Positions 9,874 to 21,871 of a stretch of DNA of 64,000 bases are shown here, piece after piece; positions within the stretch are counted from its first letter, which is position 1; every line of letters starts with the position of its first letter. The notes under the pieces were generated by a model. It had not been told where the DNA came from, searched no databases, and worked only from the letters and a program-made list of their open reading frames with translations. The DNA comes from an uncultured Anaerolineae bacterium (GTDB lineage Bacteria; Chloroflexota; Anaerolineae; CG2-30-64-16), in NCBI GenBank assembly GCA_937124585.1, contig CAKZKT010000014.1:7393-71392 (forward strand), in the 5' to 3' direction. Both the position numbers and the translations under genes were made by a program.

Positions 9874-10506
9874 ATGCAGATCGAGAATCTCTTCGTCTCC
9901 GGCCATCCCCTGATCCAACACAAGCTGGCGATCCTGCGCAACAAGAACACCGAACCAAAGAAATTTCGCGAACTGATCCGCGAGATTTCGATCCTGCTGG
10001 CCTACGAGGCCACAGCAGACCTGGGGCTGGCGCCGATTTCCGTCGAGACGCCAATGGGCATCGCAGCCTGCCGACAACTGACCGAAACCATCGGCCTGGT
10101 GCCGGTGCTGCGCGCCGGACTGGGCATGGTCGAGGGGATCTGGGAGATGATGCCCGGTGCTGAGGTCTGGCACATCGGCCTGTTTCGCGATGAACGCACC
10201 CTGCGGCCGGTGCAATACTACAACAAACTGCCGGTCGCGCCGACGGTGCAGGTCTGCCTGATCCTCGATCCGATGCTGGCCACCGGCGGCACGGCAGTCG
10301 CCACCGTGGACATCCTGAAGAAATGGGGCGCGCAGCGGGTGAAGTACGTCGGCATCATCGGCGCGCCCGAGGGCATCTGCCGCCTGCACGAGGCCCACCC
10401 CGATGTGCCCATTCACCTGGCCGCGGTGGACGAACACCTGAACGACATCGGCTACATCGTACCCGGCCTGGGCGATGCCGGCGACCGGCAGTTCGGCACC
10501 GGCTGA
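9874..10506 (+). CDS. upp: Uracil phosphoribosyltransferase
   Basis: [39 protein letters not shown]; SD AGGAGG precedes the ATG at 9874. Confidence 0.95.
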   Translation: MQIENLFVSGHPLIQHKLAILRNKNTEPKKFRELIREISILLAYEATADLGLAPISVETPMGIAACRQLTETIGLVPVLRAGLGMVEGIWEMMPGAEVWHIGLFRDERTLRPVQYYNKLPVAPTVQVCLILDPMLATGGTAVATVDILKKWGAQRVKYVGIIGAPEGICRLHEAHPDVPIHLAAVDEHLNDIGYIVPGLGDAGDRQFGTG

Positions 10507-10533
10507 TCATCATCCATGCTGGCGAGGCAATAC

Positions 10534-11007
<474 letters not shown>

Positions 11008-11014
11008 ACGAGCC

Positions 11015-11902
11015 ATGGCCGAACCGACCGAATTGGATCGAATCGTTGCCGCGCTCTCCGACCAGAAACCGGCCGCGCTGGCGGCCATCCTGGCCGAAAG
11101 CGGCCGCGCCTTCACCATCCATGCTGCCCGGCGGCAGGCGCAGCGCCTCCACGCCGGGCAGCCCGACGCGCTGTTCGCTCTAGGCCGCGACCTGGCAGCC
11201 CGGCCCGAACCGCCGGCGCGCGGCCTGGCAGCGCTGCTGCTCGCCGAGCAATACGTCGGACACGAGGAAACGGTGACCGAGGCCCTCCTGCGCCTGGCCG
11301 ACGACGCGGACTGGGTCACCCGGGAATACGCGGCCGAGGCCTTGGGCCACGTGCTGGCTGCTCATTTCGATGCGGTCTATCCCCGTTTGGCGGCCTGGAC
11401 ACACCATCCATCGGCGAACGTGCGACGCGCGGTGGCCGTAGCAACGATGACCGCGGCCCGCAGCGGCGACGATGAACGGGCCGGTCGCCTCCTCGACCTG
11501 CTGGAGCCGCTGCTGACTGACCGCGCTCCCTACGTGCGCAAAAACCTGGGCCCGTTTGCCATCGGTTCGGCCTTCCTTGTGCATCATCCCGACGTCACCT
11601 TCGCGGCGCTTGCGCGCTGGCGAGAACGCTATGACGACGCGCAGGTGCGCTGGAACCTGGCGATGGCCTGTTCTGCGGCGGGCGCCGCGCGCTGGCCCGA
11701 GCGCAGCCTCGCCTTTCTCCACACCCTGGCCGACGACTCGCGGCCCTTCGTCTGGCGGGCTGTGGCCAGCGCGCTGATCGCGTTGGGCCGCCGACAGCCG
11801 GCCGTGGCGCTGCCCGAAATCTGCCGCTGGCTGGCCGACCCGACACGCCGCCACGTGGCCGAACGCGCACTGGCAGCCATCCCTGCGCCGATAGCACCCT
11901 GA
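11015..11902 (+). CDS. HEAT-repeat protein, AlkD-like DNA alkylation repair family
   Basis: Repeated helical units WVTRE, NVRRAV, YVRKNLG, FVWRAV. Confidence 0.6.
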   Translation: MAEPTELDRIVAALSDQKPAALAAILAESGRAFTIHAARRQAQRLHAGQPDALFALGRDLAARPEPPARGLAALLLAEQYVGHEETVTEALLRLADDADWVTREYAAEALGHVLAAHFDAVYPRLAAWTHHPSANVRRAVAVATMTAARSGDDERAGRLLDLLEPLLTDRAPYVRKNLGPFAIGSAFLVHHPDVTFAALARWRERYDDAQVRWNLAMACSAAGAARWPERSLAFLHTLADDSRPFVWRAVASALIALGRRQPAVALPEICRWLADPTRRHVAERALAAIPAPIAP

Positions 11903-11915
11903 CAAGGAGTCTGCC

Positions 11916-13265
11916 ATGACTGCTGAATCCGCAATCCTCCGCATGCCGGCGGGCTTTCTGTGGGGAGTAGCCACTGCAGCCCATCAGAACGAAGGCCGCA
12001 ACCGCAACAACCAGTGGGCGGCCTGGGAGCAACAGCCGGGCCGCATCCATGCCGGCCAGCAGAGCGGCCGGGCCACCGATTGGTGGTCGCCGGGAACCAT
12101 CGCCGAGGACTTCGACCGGGCGGCCGCGCTCGGCCTGAACAGCCTGCGCCTGTCCGTCGAGTGGAGCCGCATCGAGCCGGAAGCGGGCGTGTTCGACCAG
12201 AGCGCGCTGCGGAAATATGCCGAGATCATTCGCCTCCTGCGCGACCGCGGGCTAGAGCCGATGGTCACGCTGCATCATTTCACCGACCCCCTGTGGCTGA
12301 CGGAGATGGGCGGGTGGGAAAATCCACGGGTCGAAGAGCTCTTCAACCGCTTCGTCGGCCGCGTGGTGGACGCGCTCGGCGACCAAGTCAGCCTCTGGTG
12401 CACGATCAACGAGCCGATCGTCTATGCCGTGAGCGGTTATCTCGACGGCGATTTCCCGCCGGGGGCCAGGAGCCTGCCGCGCGCCGTTGCCGTGCTGCGG
12501 CGCATGCTGCTGGCCCATGGCCGCGCCTATCGCACCATCCATCGCCTGCAGCGAGGCGCGCGCGTCGGCCTGGCCCATCACATGCGGCTGCATCGGCCGG
12601 CCAACCCGTCCCGGCCGGCCGATCGCTGGGCCGCAGCCACCATGAACCAGATCGCAAACACCTCGACCCTGGCCGCGATCACCGAAGGCCGGCTCACCCC
12701 GCTGGTCGGCCTGGGCCAGCGCGTCACCCATCTGATTGACACGAGCGACTTCATCGGCCTGAACTACTACACCACGATCCTGACCGCGTTTGCGCCGCAC
12801 CGCCCCACATCGTTCCTGGCGCACACCTTTTTTGATCCTCATGCCGAGTTCAGCGATTTCAACCCGAACGGCGAACCGTACGGCATCATTGATCCTGCGG
12901 GGCTCTATCTGGCGCTGAAAACGGTGGCCCGCTATGGCAAACCGATCTATATCACCGAAAACGGCGTGCCCGATGCGGAAGATCGGCTGCGAGGCCGCTT
13001 CATCGCCACGCATCTGGCCGAGACCTGGCGAGCGATCCAGGAGGGTGCCGATGTGCGCGGCTATTATCACTGGACGCTGGTGGACAATTTCGAATGGGCC
13101 GCGGCATGGGCGCTGAAATTCGGCCTGTACGCCCTGGATCTGGAGACGGGCAGCCGCACGGCCCGGCCCAGCGCGACGGTTTATGCGCAAATCGCGCGGA
13201 CCAACGGCGTGCCGCTGGCCCTGCTGGAAACCGTCGCACCCGGTTATGTCGTCCCATCGGCGTGA
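11916..13265 (+). CDS. GH1 beta-glucosidase family glycosidase
   Basis: FLWGVATAAHQNEG, RLSVEWSRIEP, TLHHF, TINEP, YITENG, WTLVDNFEW. Confidence 0.93.
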   Translation: MTAESAILRMPAGFLWGVATAAHQNEGRNRNNQWAAWEQQPGRIHAGQQSGRATDWWSPGTIAEDFDRAAALGLNSLRLSVEWSRIEPEAGVFDQSALRKYAEIIRLLRDRGLEPMVTLHHFTDPLWLTEMGGWENPRVEELFNRFVGRVVDALGDQVSLWCTINEPIVYAVSGYLDGDFPPGARSLPRAVAVLRRMLLAHGRAYRTIHRLQRGARVGLAHHMRLHRPANPSRPADRWAAATMNQIANTSTLAAITEGRLTPLVGLGQRVTHLIDTSDFIGLNYYTTILTAFAPHRPTSFLAHTFFDPHAEFSDFNPNGEPYGIIDPAGLYLALKTVARYGKPIYITENGVPDAEDRLRGRFIATHLAETWRAIQEGADVRGYYHWTLVDNFEWAAAWALKFGLYALDLETGSRTARPSATVYAQIARTNGVPLALLETVAPGYVVPSA

Positions 13266-13298
13266 GCGAGCGGCTGCAACGAGCACGCTGTGCCCAGT

Positions 13299-13327
13299 TT
13301 GGCCTCCGTCGGGCTGTGTGGTATACT
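13299..13327 (+). promoter_or_regulatory. Promoter of tRNA-Lys
   Basis: TTGGCC-N17-TATACT, 10 nt upstream of the tRNA. Confidence 0.55.
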
Positions 13328-13337
13328 ATAAATGTTC

Positions 13338-13410
<73 letters not shown>

Positions 13411-13412
13411 TT

Positions 13413-13446
13413 GCAGGACGGGCCGGCGACCCGTCCTGCGTGTTTA
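13413..13446 (+). terminator. Terminator hairpin after tRNA-Lys
   Basis: GCAGGACGGG-ccggcga-CCCGTCCTGC followed by gtgttt. Confidence 0.7.
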
Positions 13447-13543
13447 TCCGCAGTGACGCCGCAACCGGCAGGGATGTTTTCTCCCCTTTCTTCCCCAGAA
13501 CGCTGCCCATGATCTCCCCACCGATGATGCTGTGCGACACGAC

Positions 13544-13572
13544 TTGGAAGTCACCACAGCTTTACGTATAAT
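13544..13572 (+). promoter_or_regulatory. Promoter of the clostripain-family gene
   Basis: TTGGAA-N17-TATAAT. It abuts the ATG at 13573, which favours the ATG at 13600 with SD GAGAGGA. Confidence 0.55.
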
Positions 13573-13599
13573 ATGGCAGCAACTTCGAGAGAGGACTTC

Positions 13600-16287
13600 A
13601 TGAACACGCATCGCTTCACTGCAGATGGAATCTGGCCGATACGCCGGCCGGCCCTGGCGCTATCCCCTCTCGTCGCCGCGGCCACAGGCGGAGGCCGGGT
13701 CGGCAATCTGCTGCTGACGGCCAACGAAGGCGACACGAACACCGACGATACGCCCACCATCCGGGTCAGACGACGTCGTGAGGCGCAACCGGCGGGGCTG
13801 GGCGGCCGCGAGCGCGCCGATACACCCGAACATCGGCGCGAAGAACCGGCCGAGCCGCCTCCATCACGCCCAGGCGGCAGAAGCAGCCGGCCGCGTCAAC
13901 CCTCCGGTGGCAGCAGCGGCAGTCCCACGCCGCAAATCCCGCCGCTCTGGATCGGCATCGGCCTGCTCCTCCTGCTTTGCTGCCTGGTGGCCTTCCTGGT
14001 ATTCGCCAACCAGCCGGGCGAAGAGCCACCGTCGACCGCAGCCAGCCAACCGCCCGCAATCAGCCAGCCGAGTGCGACGCCGTTGCCGGCCCCGACCGCA
14101 CAGCCCACCGCGACCGCGATCGAAAAACCGACGACCGACGCCGCCAGAACAACCGCCACTGCCACCCGCGCGCGACCCACCCTCACGCCCACCACCGCGA
14201 CGGCCAAGCCCGCCGCGCCGGCAGACACCGGCACCCAAAGCCAGACCTGGACGGTCATGCTCTACCAGGATGCCACCGACAAAGCCCTGGATCAGGACAT
14301 CTTCCTGGACCTGAACGAGGCAGAACGCGCCGGATCGTCCGAACGCGTCCGGATCGTCGCCCAGATCGAGCGCTACCAGGGCCGCGGCCAGGCCGCCGGC
14401 TGGTCGGGTGCCAAACGCTTCCACATCGTACGCGACCCCGACCTGAACACCGTGCGCTCGAAGCTGGTGGCCGACCTGGGCAACGTCAACATGGCCGACC
14501 CGAAGACGCTGAGCGATTTCGTCCTCTGGGCCATGAAGACCTACCCGGCCGAGAAATATGCCCTCATCCTTTCCGATCATGGGCTGGGCTGGCCGGGCGG
14601 CTGGAGCGACCCGAACTCGTCCGGCGCGCACACCACGAACGCGCCCCTTGCTCGCCAGCTGGGCAATATGCTCTACCTGAACGAGCTCGACCAGGCGCTG
14701 GGCCAGATCCGCAGCCAGACCGGGCTGGACAAATTCGAGCTGATCGGTCTCGACGCCTGCCTGATGAGCCAGCTCGAAGTGTATGCCGTGCTGGCCCAAC
14801 ATGCTCGCTACGCGGTGGCTTCGGAGGAGACCGAGCCCGCACTGGGCTGGGCCTACACGAGCTTCCTGCAGGCCCTGCTGGACAATCCGGCCATGACCGG
14901 CGCAGACCTGGCGAAGCAGATCGTGCAGAGCTACATCGTGCAAGATCAGCGCATCGTGGACGACCAGGCACGCGCCGAATTCGCCGGCCGGGGCTCCTAC
15001 CTGGGCGAAATCATTGCGCCTTCTGCTCAGGCGGTCGCGCGCGAGATGCAGCAGGACATCACGCTCACCGCCGTTGATCTGGCCGCGTTCCCCCAGCTCA
15101 TGCAGCGCGTCAACGAATACGCGCTCGCGTTACAACGGGTGGACCCACGCGCCATCGCCAAAGCGCGCAGCTATACTCAGTCGTTCACCAGCATCTTCGG
15201 CAGCAAAACGCCTCCATCGTTCATTGACCTCGGTCATTTCGTCCAGCTGCTCAAACGGATGACCGACGACAGCACCGTGAACGCGGCCAGCGACCAGGTG
15301 TTGGCCGCGTTGCGCAAAACCATCATCGCCGAAAAACATGGCCCGGAAAAGCCCGGCGCCACCGGCATTGCGATCTACTTCCCGGTCTCGCAGCTCTACG
15401 CCAACCCTTATGCCGGGCCGCAATCCTATACCGCCATCGCCAGGCGCTTCGCCGCGGAATCGGCGTGGGATGAATTCCTGGCCTACTTCTACACCGGCCG
15501 GCGCTTCCAGTCCAGCGATGTCGGCGGCGCGGCCGTGCCCCAGCGCTCCGAGGCCGTGCGCTCGCTCGCAGCCGGCCAGATCCAGGTAGGCGCGGTCACT
15601 GCCTCGAGCAAGGTCGCCGCGCCGGGTAAGCCGGTGCTCCTGAAGATCACCATCAGCGGCCTGAATGTCGGTTATGTCAAGCTTCTGGTCGGTTATCTGG
15701 ACAAGAATGGCAGATCCCTCTACATGGCCGACACCGACTACCTCGACAGCCCGCAGACGCGCGAGCTGAACGGCGTCTACTATCCGGTCTGGCCCGAAAC
15801 CGGCCGATTCAACCTGGAATTCGAATGGGAGCCGATCGTCTTCGCCATCACGGACGGCAAGAACCGGGCCGAAGCGCTGTTCATGCCGGAGAACTACGGC
15901 AAAACGCGCGACGAAGCGACCTATGCGGTGGAGGGGATCTACACGTTCAGCGAGAGCGGCGAATCGCGGCCAGCCCGGCTCTATTTCCGCAACGGCGTAC
16001 TACGCCAGGCGTTCGGCTTCACCGGAGAAGAGATGGAGGGCGCGCCGCGCGAAATCCTGCCATTGGCCGGCGACACCTTCACCGTGCTGGAACGCTGGCT
16101 CGACCTCGACGCGCAGGGCAACGTCCAAAAGACCGCATACCAGACCGGGAAGACGCTGACCTTCGGCGGTCAGCCGTTCAAATGGCAAACCCTCGACGCT
16201 GCGGCCGGCAGCTACGTTGTCGGCTTCATCGTCGAAGACCTGGACGGCAATCAGACGGTCAGCTACACACAGTTGACCGTTCAGTGA
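13600..16287 (+). CDS. Membrane-anchored clostripain-family (C11) cysteine peptidase with a C-terminal extension
   Basis: One TM helix (LWIGIGLLLLLCCLVAFLVF), a Pro/Thr linker, then WTVMLY...D, LILSDHG (His), IGLDACLM (Cys), ASEETEP. Confidence 0.85.
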   Translation: MNTHRFTADGIWPIRRPALALSPLVAAATGGGRVGNLLLTANEGDTNTDDTPTIRVRRRREAQPAGLGGRERADTPEHRREEPAEPPPSRPGGRSSRPRQPSGGSSGSPTPQIPPLWIGIGLLLLLCCLVAFLVFANQPGEEPPSTAASQPPAISQPSATPLPAPTAQPTATAIEKPTTDAARTTATATRARPTLTPTTATAKPAAPADTGTQSQTWTVMLYQDATDKALDQDIFLDLNEAERAGSSERVRIVAQIERYQGRGQAAGWSGAKRFHIVRDPDLNTVRSKLVADLGNVNMADPKTLSDFVLWAMKTYPAEKYALILSDHGLGWPGGWSDPNSSGAHTTNAPLARQLGNMLYLNELDQALGQIRSQTGLDKFELIGLDACLMSQLEVYAVLAQHARYAVASEETEPALGWAYTSFLQALLDNPAMTGADLAKQIVQSYIVQDQRIVDDQARAEFAGRGSYLGEIIAPSAQAVAREMQQDITLTAVDLAAFPQLMQRVNEYALALQRVDPRAIAKARSYTQSFTSIFGSKTPPSFIDLGHFVQLLKRMTDDSTVNAASDQVLAALRKTIIAEKHGPEKPGATGIAIYFPVSQLYANPYAGPQSYTAIARRFAAESAWDEFLAYFYTGRRFQSSDVGGAAVPQRSEAVRSLAAGQIQVGAVTASSKVAAPGKPVLLKITISGLNVGYVKLLVGYLDKNGRSLYMADTDYLDSPQTRELNGVYYPVWPETGRFNLEFEWEPIVFAITDGKNRAEALFMPENYGKTRDEATYAVEGIYTFSESGESRPARLYFRNGVLRQAFGFTGEEMEGAPREILPLAGDTFTVLERWLDLDAQGNVQKTAYQTGKTLTFGGQPFKWQTLDAAAGSYVVGFIVEDLDGNQTVSYTQLTVQ

Positions 16288-16316
16288 GCACCGACGCACC
16301 ATTCATGAGGCCTGCC

Positions 16317-17828
16317 ATGCCCACACATTTTTGGCGGCGGGTGATCCTGTGGATCGCCCTCGCCGTGCTGCTCGTCGCGTGTCTACCGCCGGTTTCTCCG
16401 CCCACCGCGCCGGCCGTATCGCCGTCGTCCCCTCGTCGGCTGACCATCCTCTACACCAATGACGAGCACGGCTGGCTGGTGGCGCAGAGGAATCGGGACA
16501 ACAGCCAGGTAGGCGGCGTCGCGGAGATGCTTGGCCTGTGGCAAGCCCGCGAGGGCTACATGGCCGACGGCCCCTTCCTGGCCCTCAGCGGCGGCGACAT
16601 GTGGACCGGGCCGGCCATTTCGACCTGGTTCGACGGCGCTCCGGCCGCGGAGATCATGAACCTGATGGGCTATCGGGCCGCGGCGCTCGGCAACCATGAC
16701 TTCGACTTCGGGCTGGATGTCCTGCGCCGCCATAGCCGCGCCGCGCGCTTTCCCTATCTGGCGGCCAACCTGGTCAAGCGCGGCACGACCGAGCCGCCGG
16801 ACTTCGTGCAACCGTACACCGTGATCGAGATCGCCGGCATGAAGGTCGGCCTGGTCGGCCTGATCACGCGCTCCACGCCGACGACCACACATCCGAAAAA
16901 CGTCACCGGCTTCGAGTTCCTGCCCTACGCCGATGCGCTGGCGCGCTATGTGCCACAGGTCCGGGCCGCCGGCGCGCAGGTGATCGTGGCGCTGGCGCAC
17001 GTCTGCGCGGACGAGATGCGGGCGCTGGCTCCGCGCGCCCGGGAACTCGGCGTGCACGTACTGACCGCCGGTCACTGCCACGAACGGCTGGCCGAGGAGG
17101 TCGCCGGCCTGCCGCTGCTCGGCGCCGGCGCGTACTGGCAGGACTACGCCCGGCTGACCATCGAAGTAGACGCAACGACCGGCCAGGTCAGCACGGGCAA
17201 ACCAGAACTGATTCGCAATACGGCCGCCGCGGCCGGCGGCCCGGCCGATCCGGTGGTGGCCGGCCGCGTGGCTCACTGGCAGGCCGAAACCGAGAAAGCG
17301 TTGGGCGAGGTGATCGGCTACACGCGGACGGGCCTGGCTCACCGCTCTCCGGCGCTGCTCAACCTGGTGATGGATTCCTGGCTGCAGGCCTACCCCACTG
17401 CCGATGTCGCGCTGAGCAACATCGGCGGCTTCCGCCAGGGCATCGCGGCCGGGCCGATCACGCTCGGTGCCATCGTGGATGTGCTGCCGTTCAACAACCA
17501 GATCGTGGACGTGGTGGTGACCGGCGCGCAGCTCAAGGCAAACCTGGATTGTTGCACCAGCGCAGTGGCCGGGATCACCTATCGTGGGGGAAAGCTGCTG
17601 CTGGCCGACGGCACGCCGGTGGATCCGGCGCGCAAATATCACGTGCTGATCAACGACTTCATGGCGGGCGGCGGCGACCGCTACCTGTTCAACCGCCAGG
17701 ATCCGAACCCCTACTATACCGCCATTGACTGGCGGCAGCCGGTCATGGACTACGTCCGCCGGCTGGGCAGCAGCGAACAGATGCCCATCGAGACGTTCCT
17801 GGACGCCACGCCGCGGACCGGCCCGTAA
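16317..17828 (+). CDS. 5'-nucleotidase/UDP-sugar hydrolase lipoprotein
   Basis: Lipobox LVAC, YTNDEHG, SGGD, GNHDFDFG, AGHCH, NIGGFR, LPFNN. Confidence 0.88.
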   Translation: MPTHFWRRVILWIALAVLLVACLPPVSPPTAPAVSPSSPRRLTILYTNDEHGWLVAQRNRDNSQVGGVAEMLGLWQAREGYMADGPFLALSGGDMWTGPAISTWFDGAPAAEIMNLMGYRAAALGNHDFDFGLDVLRRHSRAARFPYLAANLVKRGTTEPPDFVQPYTVIEIAGMKVGLVGLITRSTPTTTHPKNVTGFEFLPYADALARYVPQVRAAGAQVIVALAHVCADEMRALAPRARELGVHVLTAGHCHERLAEEVAGLPLLGAGAYWQDYARLTIEVDATTGQVSTGKPELIRNTAAAAGGPADPVVAGRVAHWQAETEKALGEVIGYTRTGLAHRSPALLNLVMDSWLQAYPTADVALSNIGGFRQGIAAGPITLGAIVDVLPFNNQIVDVVVTGAQLKANLDCCTSAVAGITYRGGKLLLADGTPVDPARKYHVLINDFMAGGGDRYLFNRQDPNPYYTAIDWRQPVMDYVRRLGSSEQMPIETFLDATPRTGP

Positions 17829-17982
17829 AACAGGGGCCGGCCAGGTAAACCTTCACGAAACCAGGGTGCCAATTTGTCCGTCTCCTGGATAAACGTGATA
17901 TAATCTATCTGTTCATCTCTCGCCGGACACAGCGAGATGATGCGACCGGCTCTAGACAGCCGGCCGGTTCAGGAGGCGTATT

Positions 17983-18945
17983 TTGGAACAGCGTCCAAAG
18001 TTACGATGCAGCGTCGGCGTCACGGCCTACAATGAAGAGGCGAACATCGGCCCTCTGCTCGACGCGCTCCTCAATCAACACCTGCACGACGTCGAGATCA
18101 GCGAAATCATCGTCATCGCCAGCGGCTGCACCGACAACACCGTGCCCATCGTCGAGCGCTACGCCGCGGAGAACCCCCTCATCCGCCTGGTCGTCCAGCC
18201 GCGGCGCGAAGGGAAGACGGCCGCCATCAATCTCTTCCTGGCGCACGCGCGCGAAGACATCTGTGTCCTCGAGAGCGGCGACACGCTGCCGGCCGAGGAC
18301 TCGGTCGAGCACCTGGTGCGCATGTTCGCCGATCCGACCGTTGGCATGGTCGGCGCGCACAAGGTGCCGGTCAACACGCCCGATCACCTGGTCGGTCTCT
18401 TCACCCATCTGCGGCTGCGCCTCGAACATCAACTGTGCCTGGAAATTCCCCGCTTGGGCGAGATGATCGCCTTCCGCAAGGTGCTGGAGCGCATTCCACC
18501 GGATGTGGCCATGGACGAGGCGTTCGTCGAGGCGTTCATCATCCAGCGCGGAATGAGTGTGCGCTACGCGCCCGACGCAGTCGTGTATAACACCGGGCCA
18601 GATACCATCCGCGACTTCATCACGCAGCGCCGACGGAATCATGCCGGCCACCTGTATCTCAAATCTAAATACGGCTATGCCGTCTCCAGTATGCAGAACA
18701 CACGGGTCGTCAGGATCGCGCTGCGGGAGATCTGGGGCGCCATTCGACTGGTCTGGGCGCTTTTCCTGCTGGCGATACTGGAGTTGTGGTCACGGGTGCT
18801 GGGGTGGTACGATTTTGCCGTCAAGAAAGACCGCCATGTCGTTTGGGATATGGCCTGGTCACAGAAAGCCGACGTGAACGCTGAGCGCCAACAGCACGCG
18901 GAAGCCGATGACCTGCGTCCAACTGCGCTGGCCCGCAAGACGTAA
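17983..18945 (+). CDS. GT2 glycosyltransferase
   Basis: TTG start after SD AGGAGG; TAYNEE, ASGCTD, REGKTAAIN, QRRR motif. Extended -10 TGaTATAAT at 17896-17904. Confidence 0.85.
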   Translation: MEQRPKLRCSVGVTAYNEEANIGPLLDALLNQHLHDVEISEIIVIASGCTDNTVPIVERYAAENPLIRLVVQPRREGKTAAINLFLAHAREDICVLESGDTLPAEDSVEHLVRMFADPTVGMVGAHKVPVNTPDHLVGLFTHLRLRLEHQLCLEIPRLGEMIAFRKVLERIPPDVAMDEAFVEAFIIQRGMSVRYAPDAVVYNTGPDTIRDFITQRRRNHAGHLYLKSKYGYAVSSMQNTRVVRIALREIWGAIRLVWALFLLAILELWSRVLGWYDFAVKKDRHVVWDMAWSQKADVNAERQQHAEADDLRPTALARKT

Positions 18946-18973
18946 CGCCCATCGCAACGATAAAGGGTCTTCT

Positions 18974-19930
18974 TTGCGCAACAGACTTACTCCGTTCCTC
19001 AAACTTTTCATCAGCCTGGCGCTCATTCTGGTCGTTTTCGCTCGCGTTGACCTGGCTGCGGTAGCCGCCCAATTGGCCACAGCCAATCTCTGGCCGGTGG
19101 CCGCCGCCCTGGGCTTTTATCTCCTCGCCATTGCCGTCAATGCGGCCAAATGGCGGGTGCTGCTGCGCGCCCAGGGCGTGCGCGTGCCTTTCGCCGAGCT
19201 GCTGGCCATGCAGTTCGTCGGTTTCTTCTTCAACAACTTCCTGCCGGCCAACGTCGGCGGCGACGTGATGCGCGGCTACACCCTGGCCCGCTACACCGAC
19301 CGCCTGGCCGACGCCGCGGTCTCGGTGGTGGTGGACCGTATCGTGGGGCTGCTGGCCTACATGAGCACGGCGGTCGTAGCCGCGTTTGTGCTGGTCAGCC
19401 TGGTGGGCCGCCAGGATCTGCAGGCGGTGGAGGGGGTCGCCGTGCTCGCGCTGGCCGTCCTGGCAATCGGCTTCGGCGTCCTGCTCAGCCGCCGGCTGCG
19501 CGGCCTGATCTCGCAACTGTTCGAGTGGCGTTTCCTGGCGCGGCTGGCGCCGGTCTGGCAGGGGGTCTCCGACGCGCTCAACGCCTACCGCTTTCGCTAT
19601 GCCGCGCTGGTCACGGCATTCGGCATCGCGCTGATCGGCATCCTCTGTACCACTATCGTCAACTGGTGCCTGTCCCAATCTGTCGGCGGGCTGATGTCCC
19701 TCTCGGCCATCCTCCTGTTCAACCCGCTGATTGCCTTGGTGCTGATGCTGCCCATCTCCATCGGCGGGCTGGGCCTGAACCAGGCCGCGTATCCCTTTTT
19801 CTACGGCCTGGCCGGCGTGCCCGCCGATCATGCGGTGGCCGTGTCGGTTTTGATGCAGGCCATCATCATCACGGGCAGCCTGCCCGGCGGCCTCTTCTGG
19901 CTGCGCAGCAAGGAGCAATCCCATGTCTGA
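18974..19930 (+). CDS. Lysylphosphatidylglycerol-synthase TM-region / UPF0104 flippase-like protein
   Basis: [40 protein letters not shown]; probable TTG start at 18974. Confidence 0.85.
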   Translation: MRNRLTPFLKLFISLALILVVFARVDLAAVAAQLATANLWPVAAALGFYLLAIAVNAAKWRVLLRAQGVRVPFAELLAMQFVGFFFNNFLPANVGGDVMRGYTLARYTDRLADAAVSVVVDRIVGLLAYMSTAVVAAFVLVSLVGRQDLQAVEGVAVLALAVLAIGFGVLLSRRLRGLISQLFEWRFLARLAPVWQGVSDALNAYRFRYAALVTAFGIALIGILCTTIVNWCLSQSVGGLMSLSAILLFNPLIALVLMLPISIGGLGLNQAAYPFFYGLAGVPADHAVAVSVLMQAIIITGSLPGGLFWLRSKEQSHV

Positions 19931-21860
19931 AACGACAGTAGCGCCCTATGGTTCGTGGAAATCGCCCATCACGGCCGACCTGATCGTCGCCGGCACGGTG
20001 GGGCTGAGCAACATCCTCGCCGACGGCGACGTGATCTACTGGATCGAATCTCGCCCCACCGAAGCCGGCCGCAATGTGATCGTCCGTTGCACGCCAGACG
20101 GCTGCCTGGCCGACATGACGCCGGCCGGCTTCAACGCGCGCACGCGCGTGCACGAATATGGCGGCGGCGACTATCTCGTCCACGGCGGCGCCCTCTTCTT
20201 CGCCAACTTCGCCGACCAGCGGCTCTATCGTCAGGACGACGCCGGCGCGCCGCGGCCGGTCACGCCCGAAGCCCCATTCCGATACGCGGACGCGGTGATA
20301 GACGCTGCACGCCATCGCCTGATCTGCATCCGGGAAGATCATACCCTGGCCGACCAGCAGGCCGTGAATGCCATCGTCGCCGTCGCAGGCGACGGTGACA
20401 CGGCGGGCGGTCAGGTGCTGGTGAGCGGGAACGACTTCTACGCCAGCCCGCGGTTCAGCCCGGACGGCACGCAGCTGGCCTGGCTGACCTGGAATCACCC
20501 GAACATGCCGTGGGATGGCTGCGAGCTGTGGGTTGCCACAGTGCAGGCAGACGGATCGCTGGCGTCGGCTACGCGGATTGCAGGCGGCGCCGACGAATCC
20601 ATCTTCCAGCCCGAATGGTCGCCGGACGGGGTGCTCCACTTCGTCTCCGACCGCAGCGGCTGGTGGAACCTCTACCGCTGGCAGGATGGCCGCGCCGAGC
20701 CGCTCTGCGCGATGGCCGCCGAGTTCGGCCTGCCGCAGTGGGTTTTCCGCCAGTCCACCTATGCGTTCGTGGCGGCCGATCGCATCGCCTGCGCGTACAC
20801 TCAGGCCGGGGCCTGGCGGCTGGCCATGCTGAACACGACGGCCAGGACCCTCACGCCGTTCGATCTGCCGTACACCGAGATCGGCAACGTGCGGGCGGTC
20901 GCCGGCCGCGTGGTGTTCACCGCGGCCTCTCCCGCACACGCGCCGGCGATCGTCAGCCTGGATCCGCTCACGGGCCGGTTTACTGTGCTGCGTCATTCGA
21001 GCGAGACGGCAGTGGATGCGGGCTATCTGTCTATGCCAGAGCCCATCGAGTTCCCGACCACAGGCGGGCTGACCGCGCATGCCTTCTACTACCCGCCCAC
21101 CAATCGGGACTACCGGGCGCCAGAGGGCGAGCGGCCGCCTTTGCTTGTTCTCAGCCACGGCGGCCCCACCGGCGCCACCTCGACGGCGCTGCGGCTGAGC
21201 CTCCAATATTGGACGAGCCGTGGCTTCGCGGTGGTGGATGTCAACTACGGCGGCAGCACCGGCTACGGCCGGGCCTATCGGGAACGGCTGAACGGTGGCT
21301 GGGGCGTCGTAGACGTGGATGATTGCGTCAACGCGGCGCGCTATCTGGCGGCGCGCGGCCTGGCCGATCCGCAGCGGCTGGCGATACGCGGTGGCAGCGC
21401 GGGCGGCTACACCACCCTCGCCGCGCTGACCTTCCGCGACATCTTCAAGGCAGGGGCCAGTCACTACGGCATCAGCGACCTGGAAACGCTGGACACCGAC
21501 ACCCACAAATTCGAATCGCGCTATCTCGACCGGCTCATCGGCCCCTATCCGGAGCGCCGCGACGTGTACATCGCGCGCTCGCCGATCCACTTCACCGACC
21601 GGCTGGCCACGCCGATCATTCTGCTGCAGGGCCTGGAGGACAAAGTGGTGCCGCCCAGCCAGGCCGAGACGATGTTCGCGGCCGTAAAAGCGAAGGGGCT
21701 GCCGGTGGCGTACGTGCCGTTCGCGGGCGAGCAACACGGCTTCCGCAGGGCCGAGAACATCAAGCGCGCGCTGGAAGCCGAGCTGTATTTCTACTCGCGC
21801 GTCTTCGGGTTCGCCCTGGCCGATGCGATCGAGCCGATCGAGATCGCCAACCTGGGCTGA
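19923..21860 (+). CDS. S9 prolyl oligopeptidase / acylaminoacyl peptidase
   Basis: [20 protein letters not shown] nucleophile elbow, [13 protein letters not shown]. Confidence 0.92.
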   Translation: MSETTVAPYGSWKSPITADLIVAGTVGLSNILADGDVIYWIESRPTEAGRNVIVRCTPDGCLADMTPAGFNARTRVHEYGGGDYLVHGGALFFANFADQRLYRQDDAGAPRPVTPEAPFRYADAVIDAARHRLICIREDHTLADQQAVNAIVAVAGDGDTAGGQVLVSGNDFYASPRFSPDGTQLAWLTWNHPNMPWDGCELWVATVQADGSLASATRIAGGADESIFQPEWSPDGVLHFVSDRSGWWNLYRWQDGRAEPLCAMAAEFGLPQWVFRQSTYAFVAADRIACAYTQAGAWRLAMLNTTARTLTPFDLPYTEIGNVRAVAGRVVFTAASPAHAPAIVSLDPLTGRFTVLRHSSETAVDAGYLSMPEPIEFPTTGGLTAHAFYYPPTNRDYRAPEGERPPLLVLSHGGPTGATSTALRLSLQYWTSRGFAVVDVNYGGSTGYGRAYRERLNGGWGVVDVDDCVNAARYLAARGLADPQRLAIRGGSAGGYTTLAALTFRDIFKAGASHYGISDLETLDTDTHKFESRYLDRLIGPYPERRDVYIARSPIHFTDRLATPIILLQGLEDKVVPPSQAETMFAAVKAKGLPVAYVPFAGEQHGFRRAENIKRALEAELYFYSRVFGFALADAIEPIEIANLG

Positions 21861-21871
21861 AAAGTCGTTCG

